Origin: Phycisphaeraceae bacterium
GTDB taxonomy: Bacteria > Planctomycetota > Phycisphaerae > Phycisphaerales > Phycisphaeraceae
DNA: 64,000 nucleotides
Reading direction: 5' to 3'
Assembly: GCA_963674705.1 (NCBI GenBank)
Contig: OY771506.1
Span: forward strand, 1,728,001-1,792,000
In this document: positions 1 to 10,121 of the stretch, in pieces
Position numbering within the stretch: position 1 is the first letter of the stretch
How the letters are laid out: every line of letters starts with the position of its first letter
The notes under the pieces: generated by a model
The model's database searches: none
What the model saw: the letters and a program-made list of their open reading frames with translations, nothing else
Told to the model about the DNA's origin: nothing
Position numbers and translations under genes: made by a program

Positions 1-959
1 TCGGCGAGGTTCTGTTGCAGCAATGCGCCGGATAGATGGGCGCCGCCTTCGGTAAAAACATTCATGGCTCGGTGTGTCTGACTGAGGTGCTCGAGCAAGG
101 GGCGCAGGTCGAGTTGCTTGTCGGTGCCGGGTAACGTGGGCAGGCCGAGCAGTTCGACGCCTTTGTCGGCCATGGCTTTTAGGCGGTCGGATTCATTGTC
201 GAACAGCTTCTCATGAATCGCGATCGTCAGCGGGGCCTGGTCGAGTGTGTTCAGCAGGTTGCATTCTTCAGGCAGGCTCAGGCGGGGATCGATCACGACG
301 CGTCTTGCGATGCGTTTGACTTCGACATCGCGTGCGGTGAGAGTCGGGTTGTCAGCGCGGACGGTGCCGATGCCGACGATGATGGCGTCGACGCGGGCGC
401 GGACCTCGTGGACGCGTTTTCGGGATTGTTCGTTGCTGATCCACTTGCTGTCGCCGGTGCGGGTGGCGGTTTTGCCGTCGAGGGTTTGTGCCCATTTGAC
501 GATGGTCCAGGGCAAGCCGGTCCGGCCTCGTTTCAGGTACGCCTCGGCAAGTTGCTCGGCTTGCTCACGGCAGATGCCGACTTCGACCTCGATCCCGGCT
601 TCACGGAGCATCGGCACCCCCCCGCCGGCGACGGGCTCGAACTCGTCCGCTATGGCGATGACGACGCGTTTGATGCCCGCCTCGATCACGGCCTTGGCGC
701 AGGGCGGCTGCTTGCCGTAGTGGCAGCAGGGTTCGAGTGTGACGTAAATGGTTGCACCTGCTGGATCAATGCCATTTTGCCGGCACTGTTCAAAAGCTTC
801 GGCTTCGGCGTGCAGGCCGCCGTATCGGCCGTGGAACCCGCGAGCGAGGACTTTATCGTCTCGCACGATCACCGCACCGACCATCGGATTGGGTTCGACC
901 GAGCCCTGCCCTTGCCGGGCCAGGCGGATCGCTTCGAGCATGAAGTCTTCGTCACGCAT
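1..959 (-). CDS. ribD: Riboflavin biosynthesis deaminase/reductase RibD (3' end runs off the window)
   Basis: Manual minus-strand translation from ATG 959: MRDEDFMLEAIRLARQGQGSVEPNPMVGAVIV...HAE...YVTLEPCCHYGKQPPC (deaminase Zn motifs). Absent from the ORF track because its stop lies outside the window. Confidence 0.93.
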   Translation of the reverse strand, partial: MRDEDFMLEAIRLARQGQGSVEPNPMVGAVIVRDDKVLARGFHGRYGGLHAEAEAFEQCRQNGIDPAGATIYVTLEPCCHYGKQPPCAKAVIEAGIKRVVIAIADEFEPVAGGGVPMLREAGIEVEVGICREQAEQLAEAYLKRGRTGLPWTIVKWAQTLDGKTATRTGDSKWISNEQSRKRVHEVRARVDAIIVGIGTVRADNPTLTARDVEVKRIARRVVIDPRLSLPEECNLLNTLDQAPLTIAIHEKLFDNESDRLKAMADKGVELLGLPTLPGTDKQLDLRPLLEHLSQTHRAMNVFTEGGAHLSGALLQQNLA

Positions 960-1018
960 GTCGCCATGATATAGTGATAGAGAACTAAAACCATCCAACC
1001 CGGGCGATAAGGGGCTCA

Positions 1019-1972
1019 ATGATGAAGTGGATCGTAAGGATCGGAATCCTGCTGGTACTGGTTGTCGTGGTGCTTGCCGTGGTCGGCTACGTCATGATCG
1101 ACAAGATCACCAAGACCGCGATCGAGAAAGGCGGCACCTACGCGATGGGCGTCGAGACTAAACTCGATGACGTGAGTATGGGCCTGTTTTCCGGCGAGAT
1201 GTCCATGAACGGGCTGTCGGTTGCGAACCCCGAAGGATTCAACGCCGAGCACTTCCTCAAGCTAGGCGATGGCCACGTCAAGGTGACGGTTGGTTCGTTG
1301 ATGAGCGACAAGGTCGAGGTACCCACGCTTAATCTCAACGATATCGAGATCGTGCTGGAAAAAAACAAGGGTAAGGCCAATTACGACGTGATTCTTGAGA
1401 ATCTTGCCAAACTCGGCGGCGAAGATGAAGGGGCCGTGCAAGATACCGAAGAAGGCAAGAAGTTTGTCGTCAATGAGCTTTTGATCACGAACGTGAAGGT
1501 CAAGGCCGAGGTGGTCGGGGACCTGTCTACCACCATCGAGATCCCCGAAATCAAACTCACCGATATCGGCAGCGACAGCGATAAGGGCGTACTGCTGAAG
1601 GACCTGAGCGGTATCGTCGTGGCGGCGATCCTCAAGAGCGTGGCGAGTCTGCCGGGTGACCTGTTGCCCGGTGATATCGGCCAGGGTCTGCAAGGCGGCC
1701 TCGAAGCCATCGGTGGACTGGGCGAATTCAGTGTTCAGGTGATCGGTGATGTCACCAACGCGGCAGGCGAAGTGGTGGCCGAGGCCGGCAAGATTGTAGG
1801 TGAGGCGGCAGAGAAACTCGGCGAAGGTGTCGAAGGCGTCGGCGAAGCAGCCAAAGGCATCGGCGAAGGGGCCGGCAAAGCCGTGGAAGGCATCGGTGAA
1901 GGGATTGGTGGCTTACTCGGTGGCAAGAAGAAAGAGGAATCCAAGGATTCGGACACGGATTCCAAAGAGTAG
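1019..1972 (+). CDS. AsmA/DUF748-like membrane-anchored protein
   Basis: N-terminal TM helix, then an AsmA-like beta-rich region (GLSVANPEGF) and a Gly/Glu-rich low-complexity tail. Confidence 0.6.
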   Translation: MMKWIVRIGILLVLVVVVLAVVGYVMIDKITKTAIEKGGTYAMGVETKLDDVSMGLFSGEMSMNGLSVANPEGFNAEHFLKLGDGHVKVTVGSLMSDKVEVPTLNLNDIEIVLEKNKGKANYDVILENLAKLGGEDEGAVQDTEEGKKFVVNELLITNVKVKAEVVGDLSTTIEIPEIKLTDIGSDSDKGVLLKDLSGIVVAAILKSVASLPGDLLPGDIGQGLQGGLEAIGGLGEFSVQVIGDVTNAAGEVVAEAGKIVGEAAEKLGEGVEGVGEAAKGIGEGAGKAVEGIGEGIGGLLGGKKKEESKDSDTDSKE

Positions 1973-2205
1973 CGACCGATTGACCCGTTAAATCCAGGCA
2001 ACTCATCGGGGGAAGCTATCCACTGGTCATGCCTTGGTTTCAGTGATTTATGCACTGGAGACCAGCAATATATTATCACCCGGACCCAAACCCCTTAATT
2101 ACTGAAAACAAACATCTTATGGATTATTATGCAGAATAATATGCATCTGTCGTGTAAAATGGGGCTTTAAGTTATAGAATATTAAGGTATACTTCCTATA
2201 TCTGA

Positions 2206-3342
2206 ATGGATGCAACAGAGTCCAGGTTGATTGCTGGTTGTATGACTGGCACGAGTTTGGACGGATTGGATGCATCTCTGGTCGAGGTGACCGGGCGTGG
2301 CCTGGGAATGTCGGCCAGGCTGATCGGAATGGTCAGCTTCAGTTTACAGGGTTTGGCGGATGTGCTGAGCCCGATGACGGAAGGCAAACCGCACTCACCA
2401 TTGGATTACTTGTGTGCGGCCAGACAATTAGGCGAGCTGCATGCGGACGCGGTCGATGCATTATGCCGTGCTCATTTGCCGGCGGATAGACGTCTAAGCA
2501 TGGTGGTGGCTCATGGTCAGACGATCTGGCATGCACCCAAGTCGGGTGTGAGCTGGCAGTTATTTGACCCTGAGCCAGTCGTTCGACGATTAAGCGTGCC
2601 GGTATGTTTCAACCTGCGACAGGCGGACCTGATCGCGGGTGGAGAAGGCGCACCGATCACGCCGATCAGCGATTGGGTGATGTTTCGTCATCCGGATCGT
2701 GACCGAGTGATTATCAACCTGGGTGGGATCAGTAACGTGACCCACCTGGCTGGCGGAGGATCGCCGGAACAGATATTGGGTGGGGACCTCGGCCCCTGCA
2801 ACCTGCTGATTGATGGTGTGGTACGACGTTTGTACCCGGAACAGCGTTTCGACACGGATGGCAAGATTGCCCGGCAAGGACGTATTGATTCGGAGGTTTT
2901 AGGCTTGATTGAGCGTCATCCGGCATTCCAATCACAAGCCAAGCGCTCATTGGGGCGTGAAGACTTTACCGTCGGCTGGGTAAATGACCTGGTTGATCGG
3001 CTTTCAGTTTCGTTATTACCCGCCGACATTGTTGCATCGGTGGTAGATGCGGTGGCTCGTTTAGTAGGGAAGTCACCTATGGTCCGGGCGGATGAGGCGG
3101 TGCTTGCCGGTGGCGGAGCACGGAATGCTTTTTTAGTTCAGAGATTTGCGGACACTTTGCCTGTGACAAACGTCTTATTGTCGGACAAGCTTGGTATTCC
3201 GATCGAGGCCAGAGAGTCTGCGGGTTTTGCCGTGTTAGGGGCACTATGTGAGGATCGGGTCCCGATCTGCCTGCCACAGATCACTGGATCGAAGTGTCCC
3301 GGTGTATCCGGGCATTGGGTTCTGCCGGGAGTTACAATGTGA
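2206..3342 (+). CDS. anmK: Anhydro-N-acetylmuramic acid kinase
   Basis: GCMTGTSLDGLD, HGQTIWH, DLIAGGEGAP and NLGGISN motifs; adjacent to murQ. Confidence 0.92.
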   Translation: MDATESRLIAGCMTGTSLDGLDASLVEVTGRGLGMSARLIGMVSFSLQGLADVLSPMTEGKPHSPLDYLCAARQLGELHADAVDALCRAHLPADRRLSMVVAHGQTIWHAPKSGVSWQLFDPEPVVRRLSVPVCFNLRQADLIAGGEGAPITPISDWVMFRHPDRDRVIINLGGISNVTHLAGGGSPEQILGGDLGPCNLLIDGVVRRLYPEQRFDTDGKIARQGRIDSEVLGLIERHPAFQSQAKRSLGREDFTVGWVNDLVDRLSVSLLPADIVASVVDAVARLVGKSPMVRADEAVLAGGGARNAFLVQRFADTLPVTNVLLSDKLGIPIEARESAGFAVLGALCEDRVPICLPQITGSKCPGVSGHWVLPGVTM

Positions 3343-4334
3343 TTAAGACTAACGTGAAAGAACTACCCAACCGTGGCCACCTGACGACCGAACAGCGCAG
3401 CCCAGCGTCTGCGGCGTTAGATAACGTCTCGACCGAATCGGCTTTGCGCATCATGAATGCGCAGGACATGGACGTAGCGGTCGCTGTGAAGGAAGCGATT
3501 CCATCAATCGCCAAGACGGTTGATGATATTGTCAAAGGCATGCGCCACGGCGGCCGGCTGGTTTATATCGGTGCAGGCACATCCGGTCGGCTCGGTGTGC
3601 TGGACGCCAGCGAAATCCCCCCCACTTTCCAGGCAGACCCCAATCAGGTTATCGGCATCATTGCCGGCGGCGACACGTCCCTGCGTAAAAGCAGCGAAGG
3701 CAAAGAAGACGACTTTAACGGCGCCGTCCCGGAACTCGAAAAACTTAATCTCGGTCCCAATGATACTTTGATCGGCATCGCTGCCGGCGGAACGACGCCT
3801 TACGTCTGGGGGGGTATCCACTACGCCAAGACATGCGGCGCAACAACCGCGATCATCTGCTGCGTCCCGGTCAAGGCGCTGCTTCGTCGTAAGAAAGCAC
3901 CGGTGGTGACCGGCAACGGTGTCGTCAACACGCCCCCGCCACCGAGTCTGCCGGCTGAAATCGATCACCAGATCGAACTGATCGTCGGGCCTGAAGTCGT
4001 TACCGGCTCGACACGCCTTAAAGCAGGGACCGCGACCAAGCTTGCCCTGAACATGCTTACCACCATCACGATGGTGCAGCTTGGCAAGGTCTGGGGCAAT
4101 CTCATGGTCGATCTGCGTGCTTCCAACGCCAAGCTCACCGACCGCGCGATACGCATCATCTGCTCGCAAACAGATCTGGATCGGCCCAAGGCCGCGGAAC
4201 TGTTGTCTCGTGCCAACGGCCTGGTCAAGACTGCTTTGGTTATGGAACTGCGGAGCATTAGCGCCGAGCAAGCCAACCGCCTGCTTCAAGAGCATAATGG
4301 TCAGCTACGACCGATCCTCGGTCCGCCGCGGTAA
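3339..4334 (+). CDS. murQ: N-acetylmuramic acid 6-phosphate etherase
   Basis: TEQR, GAGTSGRLGVLDASE and GPEVVTGSTRLKAGTA motifs; GTG start at 3339 overlaps the anmK TGA (GTGA). Confidence 0.95.
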   Translation: MIKTNVKELPNRGHLTTEQRSPASAALDNVSTESALRIMNAQDMDVAVAVKEAIPSIAKTVDDIVKGMRHGGRLVYIGAGTSGRLGVLDASEIPPTFQADPNQVIGIIAGGDTSLRKSSEGKEDDFNGAVPELEKLNLGPNDTLIGIAAGGTTPYVWGGIHYAKTCGATTAIICCVPVKALLRRKKAPVVTGNGVVNTPPPPSLPAEIDHQIELIVGPEVVTGSTRLKAGTATKLALNMLTTITMVQLGKVWGNLMVDLRASNAKLTDRAIRIICSQTDLDRPKAAELLSRANGLVKTALVMELRSISAEQANRLLQEHNGQLRPILGPPR

Positions 4335-4365
4335 GGAAGTATGAGTCGTAATTGAATGTGAGTTA

Positions 4366-4397
4366 AAACGGGCCTTGGGTATCACCAAGGCCTGTTT
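4366..4397. terminator. Hairpin, probable intrinsic terminator between convergent murQ and the response regulator
   Basis: aaac-g-GGCCTTGG-gtatca-CCAAGGCC-t-gttt. Confidence 0.5.
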
Positions 4398-4503
4398 ATC
4401 ATTTCGCTGTGTAACACGGGTCTGCGCAAATGAAAAAGCCGCGTAGGCTATTACGCCGACACGGCTCGGTTCTCATTTTCCCGGGATCTTCCCTGAAGAT
4501 CAG

Positions 4504-5082
4504 TTAATAGACAATCGCGGTCACGTCTTCGATGGCTTCAACCACCTGTCGAACGTGGAAGGGCTTCTTGAGGTAGCTGTCGAATCCGTTCTGCACCAGG
4601 TGCTGAGCCTGGCCGTCGGTCAATTTGCCGCTCATGGCGATGACCTTGGTTAGTTGCAGATCGTCGTTACCCCGGATCAGTTTCAATACATCCTCACCCT
4701 TGACGTCGTTGAGATGCATGTCCAGCAGCATGACGTGCGGTCGGAACTTCTCACACTCAACGCCGCAGGCGAAGCCCGAGTGCGCGACGCGCACCTCGTA
4801 GTTGGCTTGCTCGGCCAGCACCTTCTCGAGGACCTCGACCGTTTCGGATTCACCGTCAACGATCAGGACCCGCATCTGGCCGGACTGTAAGCCGTCCATC
4901 GGGATGCTGTGGGCTTTCATGAATTTGATCAGGGCGTTCAGCGGTATCCGCCGGTCCTTCGACCCGGGGATCCGGTAGCCGCGAAGCTGTCCGGAATCGA
5001 ACCACTTGCTGACGGTCCTGGGGGCCACATTACAAATCTTGGCCACTTCACCCGTGGTCAGGATGTCTTTTTGCCTTGGCAT
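4504..5082 (-). CDS. Response regulator with N-terminal excisionase/MerR-like HTH and C-terminal receiver domain
   Basis: LTTGEVAKICNVAPRTVSKWFDSG HTH; REC motifs VLIVD, LLDM, KPF; RBS-like GAAAGGTG before ATG 5082. Confidence 0.85.
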   Translation of the reverse strand: MPRQKDILTTGEVAKICNVAPRTVSKWFDSGQLRGYRIPGSKDRRIPLNALIKFMKAHSIPMDGLQSGQMRVLIVDGESETVEVLEKVLAEQANYEVRVAHSGFACGVECEKFRPHVMLLDMHLNDVKGEDVLKLIRGNDDLQLTKVIAMSGKLTDGQAQHLVQNGFDSYLKKPFHVRQVVEAIEDVTAIVY

Positions 5083-5269
5083 GCGCAGATCACCTTTCTC
5101 CTGAAACACTCCTGCCAGACGCTTCACCCGGCGCCCGACAAAGAGATACATCGGTTAGGTGCGCCAGATGATTAAGGTGTCACAAAAGTAAATAATGGAT
5201 ATCCCGGATAACCGCCACCGGACTTACAAACACACATTCGGCCTATAAATACCGAAAAAAACACGCACT

Positions 5270-5515
5270 TCATCCGCCTGATACCGGGGGGATCAATGCC
5301 AGTTCGTCACCATTTTTTAATAGATGGTCTCCTGGCACGTATTCATGATTAACAGCGGTGGCTATCTGTGAAAGACGCGTTTTTAGCGCAGGAAAACGAT
5401 CTGTTAGCTCTCGGATTGCATCACAAACGGTTGCGTTATCGGACAAGTCCAGCGTGTACGAAGCCTGTCCAACATCATGCGCAAGCGCCGCAAAAAAAAG
5501 TACATTCACTTGCAT
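5270..5515 (-). CDS. moaD: Molybdopterin synthase sulfur carrier subunit
   Basis: 81 aa, LFFA near the N-terminus, C-terminal PPVSGG. Confidence 0.92.
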   Translation of the reverse strand: MQVNVLFFAALAHDVGQASYTLDLSDNATVCDAIRELTDRFPALKTRLSQIATAVNHEYVPGDHLLKNGDELALIPPVSGG

Positions 5516-6762
5516 ACACCACGTCCGATCATACGCAAAAAGGGGACGACTTCGCCTTCGTTGACGATCATTTTTTTCTTTGGCAAGCGTACAAATCCAT
5601 CTGCGTTAGCGGTGTGTGCCAGGTCGCCTGAGTTTTGCCAGCCGATAACGCGTGCCTTACCCGGACAGTCTTTTGCTAGTTGCGCGCATCGGAATGCTTC
5701 GCGATTGGGGTTAGGCTTGACCGTTTCGGTAAGTGAGACTTTGTCCCAGGCAAGCGAGGCATCCATCCCGGACAACTTGAGGATGATAGGCCAAGCAAAC
5801 AGGTGGAATGTTGCTAACACGCTGACGGGATTGCCGGGCAAACCAATAAACAGCGCACCTGTCTCATTTTTCTGCTTTGCAATCAGTACAGGTTTGCCGG
5901 GCTGGATCGCGGCGCCTTTGATAATTGTTTCAAAACCGAGTTCCTTGATTGCCCATGGGACGAAGTCGCGCGCACCGGCACTGACGCCGCCAACCGATAA
6001 CACGAGGTCTGATTTGTCCACGGCTTCACGTAACGCCGAAAGCGTCGCTTCCTTATCATCACAGACATGGACGTGATCCAGCCGTTCAACGTTGAGTTCA
6101 TGTAGAAGCGCATCGAGCATCGGGCCGTTGGCGTTTCGGATCTGTTGAGGGGCTAACGATTCGGTTGCAGTGGCTGCCGGCCGCACTTCGTCGCCGGTGC
6201 TTATGAGTGAAACACCGGGCTTGCGGTAAACGATAGGCATCACGCAGCCGACGGCAGCTGCGATACCGATGTGTTGCGGCGTTAACACCCGCCCCGTTTC
6301 GATCAATACATCCCCGCATCGCGCATCCGAACCACTTACGTGAATGAAAGCCCCGGCATTCACACGGTCCACCTCAAAGCGTACCTTACCGTCACGTTCT
6401 TCCGCCTGCTCCAGCGGGATCACCGCGTCAAACGCATCCGGCACTGAGGCCCCGGTTGCGATCGCAACGACACCATCTCCATAATTCAATGAGGCATCTA
6501 ATTCACTACCCGCCGACACGCTCGCCAACACGTTAAATACAACTTTATTATTGACCTTGCTGCTGCGTACCGCGTATCCATCCATCGTTGAACGATTAAA
6601 CGGCGGCTGGTCCCGGTCGGCCAGGATCGGCTCCGCAAGCACGCAGCCCAGTGCTGAAGCAAGCGGAACCGGTTCGGGTTCCAGTGCTTCAATCGATGCC
6701 AATACTTGCACCAGAGCCTCGTCGTAGCCCGGCAGGTTGTGTGTAGTTGGTTCGTGGACCAT
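5506..6762 (-). CDS. moeA: Molybdopterin molybdotransferase
   Basis: PPFNRSTMDGYA, STGDE, GGVSAG and PGKP...GLPGNPVS motifs; start uncertain (6762-6789). Confidence 0.92.
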   Translation of the reverse strand: MVHEPTTHNLPGYDEALVQVLASIEALEPEPVPLASALGCVLAEPILADRDQPPFNRSTMDGYAVRSSKVNNKVVFNVLASVSAGSELDASLNYGDGVVAIATGASVPDAFDAVIPLEQAEERDGKVRFEVDRVNAGAFIHVSGSDARCGDVLIETGRVLTPQHIGIAAAVGCVMPIVYRKPGVSLISTGDEVRPAATATESLAPQQIRNANGPMLDALLHELNVERLDHVHVCDDKEATLSALREAVDKSDLVLSVGGVSAGARDFVPWAIKELGFETIIKGAAIQPGKPVLIAKQKNETGALFIGLPGNPVSVLATFHLFAWPIILKLSGMDASLAWDKVSLTETVKPNPNREAFRCAQLAKDCPGKARVIGWQNSGDLAHTANADGFVRLPKKKMIVNEGEVVPFLRMIGRGVCK

Positions 6763-6784
6763 GCCTACATGATACGCCATCGGG

Positions 6785-6799
6785 GGCATAATTCTTGCA
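6785..6799 (+). promoter_or_regulatory. Candidate sigma-54 (-24/-12) promoter for the HAD gene
   Basis: GGCATAATTCTTGCA = GG-N10-GC with TTGCA, about 50 nt upstream of ATG 6848. Confidence 0.4.
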
Positions 6800-6847
6800 C
6801 GGATTAGCTGTTTTGCTCATCACACCGAGGGGCCCTAAACTCTGGCC

Positions 6848-7531
6848 ATGCTTAAAGCGATCGTATTTGATTTTGACGGCGTAGTGGTCGATTCCGAGCC
6901 GCTGCATTACCAGGCCATCGTGGAAGTCAGCAAACAGTTGGGGTTTTCGTTTGATTACGAGCAATATCTCAACAAATATATCGGCTACGACGACCGGGAC
7001 GTGTTCCGCGTGATTCTTGAAGCAGCCGGCAAGCCTGTTGAAAACGCCACCGTGGTTGAGCTATCCAAACAGAAACAACTCGTGTTTGAGAAGCTGGTCA
7101 ACAGCGGCGCCGCCGCGATCCCCGGGGCGGTTGAACTGATTGATGAGGCCCACGGCCAGATCCCCATCGCGATCGCTAGCGGTGCGACGATGCTGGATAT
7201 CGAATTGATGCTTCAGTGTCTTGGTCGGCGCGATTGTTTCGAGACGATCGTCTCCGCGGACCAGGTCGAACGATCCAAGCCCGATCCGACGACGTATCGC
7301 ATGGCTGTCGAGCAACTGGCTGAGAAGTATCCCGACTTGAAACTGACACCGGGCGAATGCCTGGCGATCGAAGATACCGCGGCGGGCATCGAAGCGGCAC
7401 GTGGCGCGGGATTAATGACGCTTGGGATTTCAACGACAGGGCCGGCATCGCTGTTGTCACGGGCACACCGTGTAAATCCCGGGCTTGAAGGCGTCACGCT
7501 CGAACAACTGCGCAAGTGGTACGACGAGTGA
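6848..7531 (+). CDS. HAD-superfamily phosphatase (beta-PGM/CbbY-like)
   Basis: DFDGV motif I, KPDP, IEDT..GI.AA. Confidence 0.88.
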   Translation: MLKAIVFDFDGVVVDSEPLHYQAIVEVSKQLGFSFDYEQYLNKYIGYDDRDVFRVILEAAGKPVENATVVELSKQKQLVFEKLVNSGAAAIPGAVELIDEAHGQIPIAIASGATMLDIELMLQCLGRRDCFETIVSADQVERSKPDPTTYRMAVEQLAEKYPDLKLTPGECLAIEDTAAGIEAARGAGLMTLGISTTGPASLLSRAHRVNPGLEGVTLEQLRKWYDE

Positions 7532-7597
7532 ATGTGTTGATCGTTTGATAGACCAAGACCCATTACTGTTGTATTTGATAGGACTGTTTGGAGACAG

Positions 7598-8965
7598 ATG
7601 AGCGATTCAGCCCCTTTAATGTTGAGCGTGAGTGGGATGCGCGGCCTGGTGGGCCGATCCATCACGCCTGATGTTGTTGCACGTTATGCGGCAGCTTTTG
7701 GCAGTTGGTTAAGACAATCCACTGACGCGGCCACGCCGCATGTTGTTCTCGGGCGAGATTCCCGGCCGTCGGGGCAGATGTTTGAGATGGCTGCTGCCGC
7801 GGGCTTGATCGCTGCTGGTTGTCGTGTCACACGCATCGGCATCATCAGCACGCCCGGTGTCGCCATCATGATCGGCCACCACAAAGCCGAAGGCGGTATG
7901 GTTATCACCGCCAGCCACAACCCGATCATCTGGAACGGTGTGAAAGCCCTACGTCATGACGGCGCAGCGCCCCCCGCTGACCAGGCGGCCCAGATCATTC
8001 AGCGTTATAAAGATAGTGACCTGGATTACGTTCCCGTTGAACAACTGCACGCAAGCGGTGAAGACAACACCGGCGTGAAAGTCCACGTCGACAGCATACT
8101 ACCGCACGTCGATGTGCAAGCCATTAAAGATGCGAAGCTCAAGGCCGTGGTGGATAGCGTGAACGGCGCGGGCGGTGATGAAGCGAAAGCCTTACTCAAG
8201 GCGCTGGGAGTTGAGATCGTTCATATGTATCCCGAGCCGACAGGCATCTTCCCGCATACACCTGAACCGACCAAGGAAAACCTTACCGAGCTGAGCGCAA
8301 AGACGGCTGAATGTGGAGCCGCCATCGGCTTCGCACAAGACCCGGACGCAGATCGTTTGGCGGTGGTCGATGAAAAGGGAACCTACATCGGCGAGGAATA
8401 CACGCTGGCGTTATCTGTAATGCACTTGCTCGAATCCGGTGGTACAGCGGTCGCCAACCTGTCCACCAGCCGGATGATCGACGACATCGCGGCGAAGGTC
8501 GGCGCGAAAGTTCAACGCACGGCGGTCGGCGAAGCAAACGTGGCAGCGGGCATGGCACAATGTAGATCGGTCATCGGCGGCGAGGGTAACGGCGGCGTGA
8601 TCTGGAGCAAGGTCAGCGGCGTACGCGACAGCCTCGTCGGCATGGCCCTACTACTGGAACTGCTTGCTAAACGCGGTAAACCGCTCAGCGAACTCGTCGC
8701 TGAAGTCCCCGCATACGCCATCGTCAAGGATAAGGTTGATGCGACTCAGCAACTGATCGATCAGATCAAGCCCATTCTCTCTGAAGCATTCAAAGACCAG
8801 AAGCTCGATACTCAGGACGGCGTGCGTATTGATTGGCCCGACCGTTGGGTCCACGTACGCCCGAGCAATACCGAGCCGATCATTCGCTTGATTGCGGAAG
8901 CTTCAACGCAAGACACAGCCGAGAAGATGATCAGCGATGTGCGTGCTGCACTCGGCTTGGGCTGA
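7598..8965 (+). CDS. Alpha-D-phosphohexomutase (phosphoglucosamine mutase/phosphomannomutase)
   Basis: TASHNP, DPDADR, GGEGNGG and RPSNTEP motifs. Confidence 0.9.
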   Translation: MSDSAPLMLSVSGMRGLVGRSITPDVVARYAAAFGSWLRQSTDAATPHVVLGRDSRPSGQMFEMAAAAGLIAAGCRVTRIGIISTPGVAIMIGHHKAEGGMVITASHNPIIWNGVKALRHDGAAPPADQAAQIIQRYKDSDLDYVPVEQLHASGEDNTGVKVHVDSILPHVDVQAIKDAKLKAVVDSVNGAGGDEAKALLKALGVEIVHMYPEPTGIFPHTPEPTKENLTELSAKTAECGAAIGFAQDPDADRLAVVDEKGTYIGEEYTLALSVMHLLESGGTAVANLSTSRMIDDIAAKVGAKVQRTAVGEANVAAGMAQCRSVIGGEGNGGVIWSKVSGVRDSLVGMALLLELLAKRGKPLSELVAEVPAYAIVKDKVDATQQLIDQIKPILSEAFKDQKLDTQDGVRIDWPDRWVHVRPSNTEPIIRLIAEASTQDTAEKMISDVRAALGLG

Positions 8966-8997
8966 TCATTTGAATGATAAAAACAGATCGTGATGAA

Positions 8998-9546
8998 TCA
9001 CCAGTCTGAACGGATCATCGCCTCGGCGTTCATTCGTGGTTTATCCACCGGCGTGAAAGCGACCTTCAAGAGCGTGGCCTGCTTGGCGATACGCAGGTTG
9101 TCTACGCCCAGGCGGAACAGGTAGCCGCGTGTGATCGGGTCGTAATGCTCTCGTTGTTGGGCGAGCGTCATCGTTTCCGCATTCCATGTGTATAGCAAAC
9201 GTTGTGGGGCGCTTCCCAGTGATTCATCGACGCTGTATAGCTCGATCCTGAAGGTCCCCGCCGCCTTCATCGGGTCACCCATCTGGTCGAACAACTCGAA
9301 ACGCGCTTCGAGGATCGCTCGGCCGGACTCCTGGATGAACCGCGTTGACGGATAAACCCGGATACTGGTCGGCTCCGGCGTCCAATACACCGCTGGTTGT
9401 CCCGGAGGCTCAGGGCTCTCGTTTATCGCCGGCGTTGTCTGTTGCGCCGGCGGCGCCTCGCAGCCCACAATCAGCAACAACATCAGGCACACCAACCACC
9501 TGATCGATGAAGTCGCTACGCCCGTGATGTTTATCCGTGGACCCAT
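8998..9546 (-). CDS. Hypothetical lipoprotein at the distal end of the phage-like operon
   Basis: Hydrophobic stretch plus lipobox-like IVGC; start placed at ATG 9546 within ORF 8998..9798. Confidence 0.6.
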   Translation of the reverse strand: MGPRINITGVATSSIRWLVCLMLLLIVGCEAPPAQQTTPAINESPEPPGQPAVYWTPEPTSIRVYPSTRFIQESGRAILEARFELFDQMGDPMKAAGTFRIELYSVDESLGSAPQRLLYTWNAETMTLAQQREHYDPITRGYLFRLGVDNLRIAKQATLLKVAFTPVDKPRMNAEAMIRSDW

Positions 9547-9581
9547 ATGCTGAAAAAGAATAGATCGCTTACCCGCCTGTA

Positions 9582-9827
9582 TCAAGAACCGCCTGAATCT
9601 TCCACGTTCGTGGCGACACGCTGGGCGTCGATCGATGCCTCGGCCTTCACATATCCCAGCGACGTCGCCAGGATCACGAGCAACGAGGTAATCGACGTCG
9701 ATGCATCCACGATCGCGCTCTCTTGGCCGGGCCAGAACAGCACGATCAGGGCGGTGATCTGGGCGGAGACCGCCAGGATGAACTTCCGGCTGGCCCAACG
9801 GGGTATCGTCGTTTGTGTTTGTGACAT
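9582..9827 (-). CDS. Small 2-TM holin-like protein
   Basis: 81 aa, SRKF followed by two hydrophobic helices and a charged tail, a pattern common in phage holins. Confidence 0.5.
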   Translation of the reverse strand: MSQTQTTIPRWASRKFILAVSAQITALIVLFWPGQESAIVDASTSITSLLVILATSLGYVKAEASIDAQRVATNVEDSGGS

Positions 9828-9863
9828 AGGGAATTCCTTGGATTCGTTTTTGAAGGTTTTGTC

Positions 9864-10121
9864 TCAGGACGGAAGGATTTGCTTGATAATCGTCTCGGTT
9901 ATATTCAATAGCCGCGATGCTCGGATCAGGGTTGCTTCGTTGATGCCGGCTTCTCGCATCGCTGCGATGAACTGTGGGTCATCCCGGAGCAACTGCACCG
10001 CGGATTCCACCAGACGCACCCGATCGATCGCCTCGGCCAGGTGAGGGTGCCTCGCCGCCCATTCATTCCAACGGACATCGATCTTCTCGCTGACAAGCGT
10101 ACGCAGTTCCTGGCTACTCAT
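9864..10121 (-). CDS. Hypothetical protein (85 aa)
   Basis: ATG 10121 overlaps the end of the upstream gene; same strand as the operon. Confidence 0.55.
   Translation of the reverse strand: MSSQELRTLVSEKIDVRWNEWAARHPHLAEAIDRVRLVESAVQLLRDDPQFIAAMREAGINEATLIRASRLLNITETIIKQILPS

Noticed and set aside
213..974. 253-aa plus-strand ORF
   Set aside because: Antisense shadow of ribD, whose motifs are clear on the minus strand.
4504..5082. Prophage excisionase
   Set aside because: The excisionase-like HTH is fused to a receiver domain and lies among host genes.
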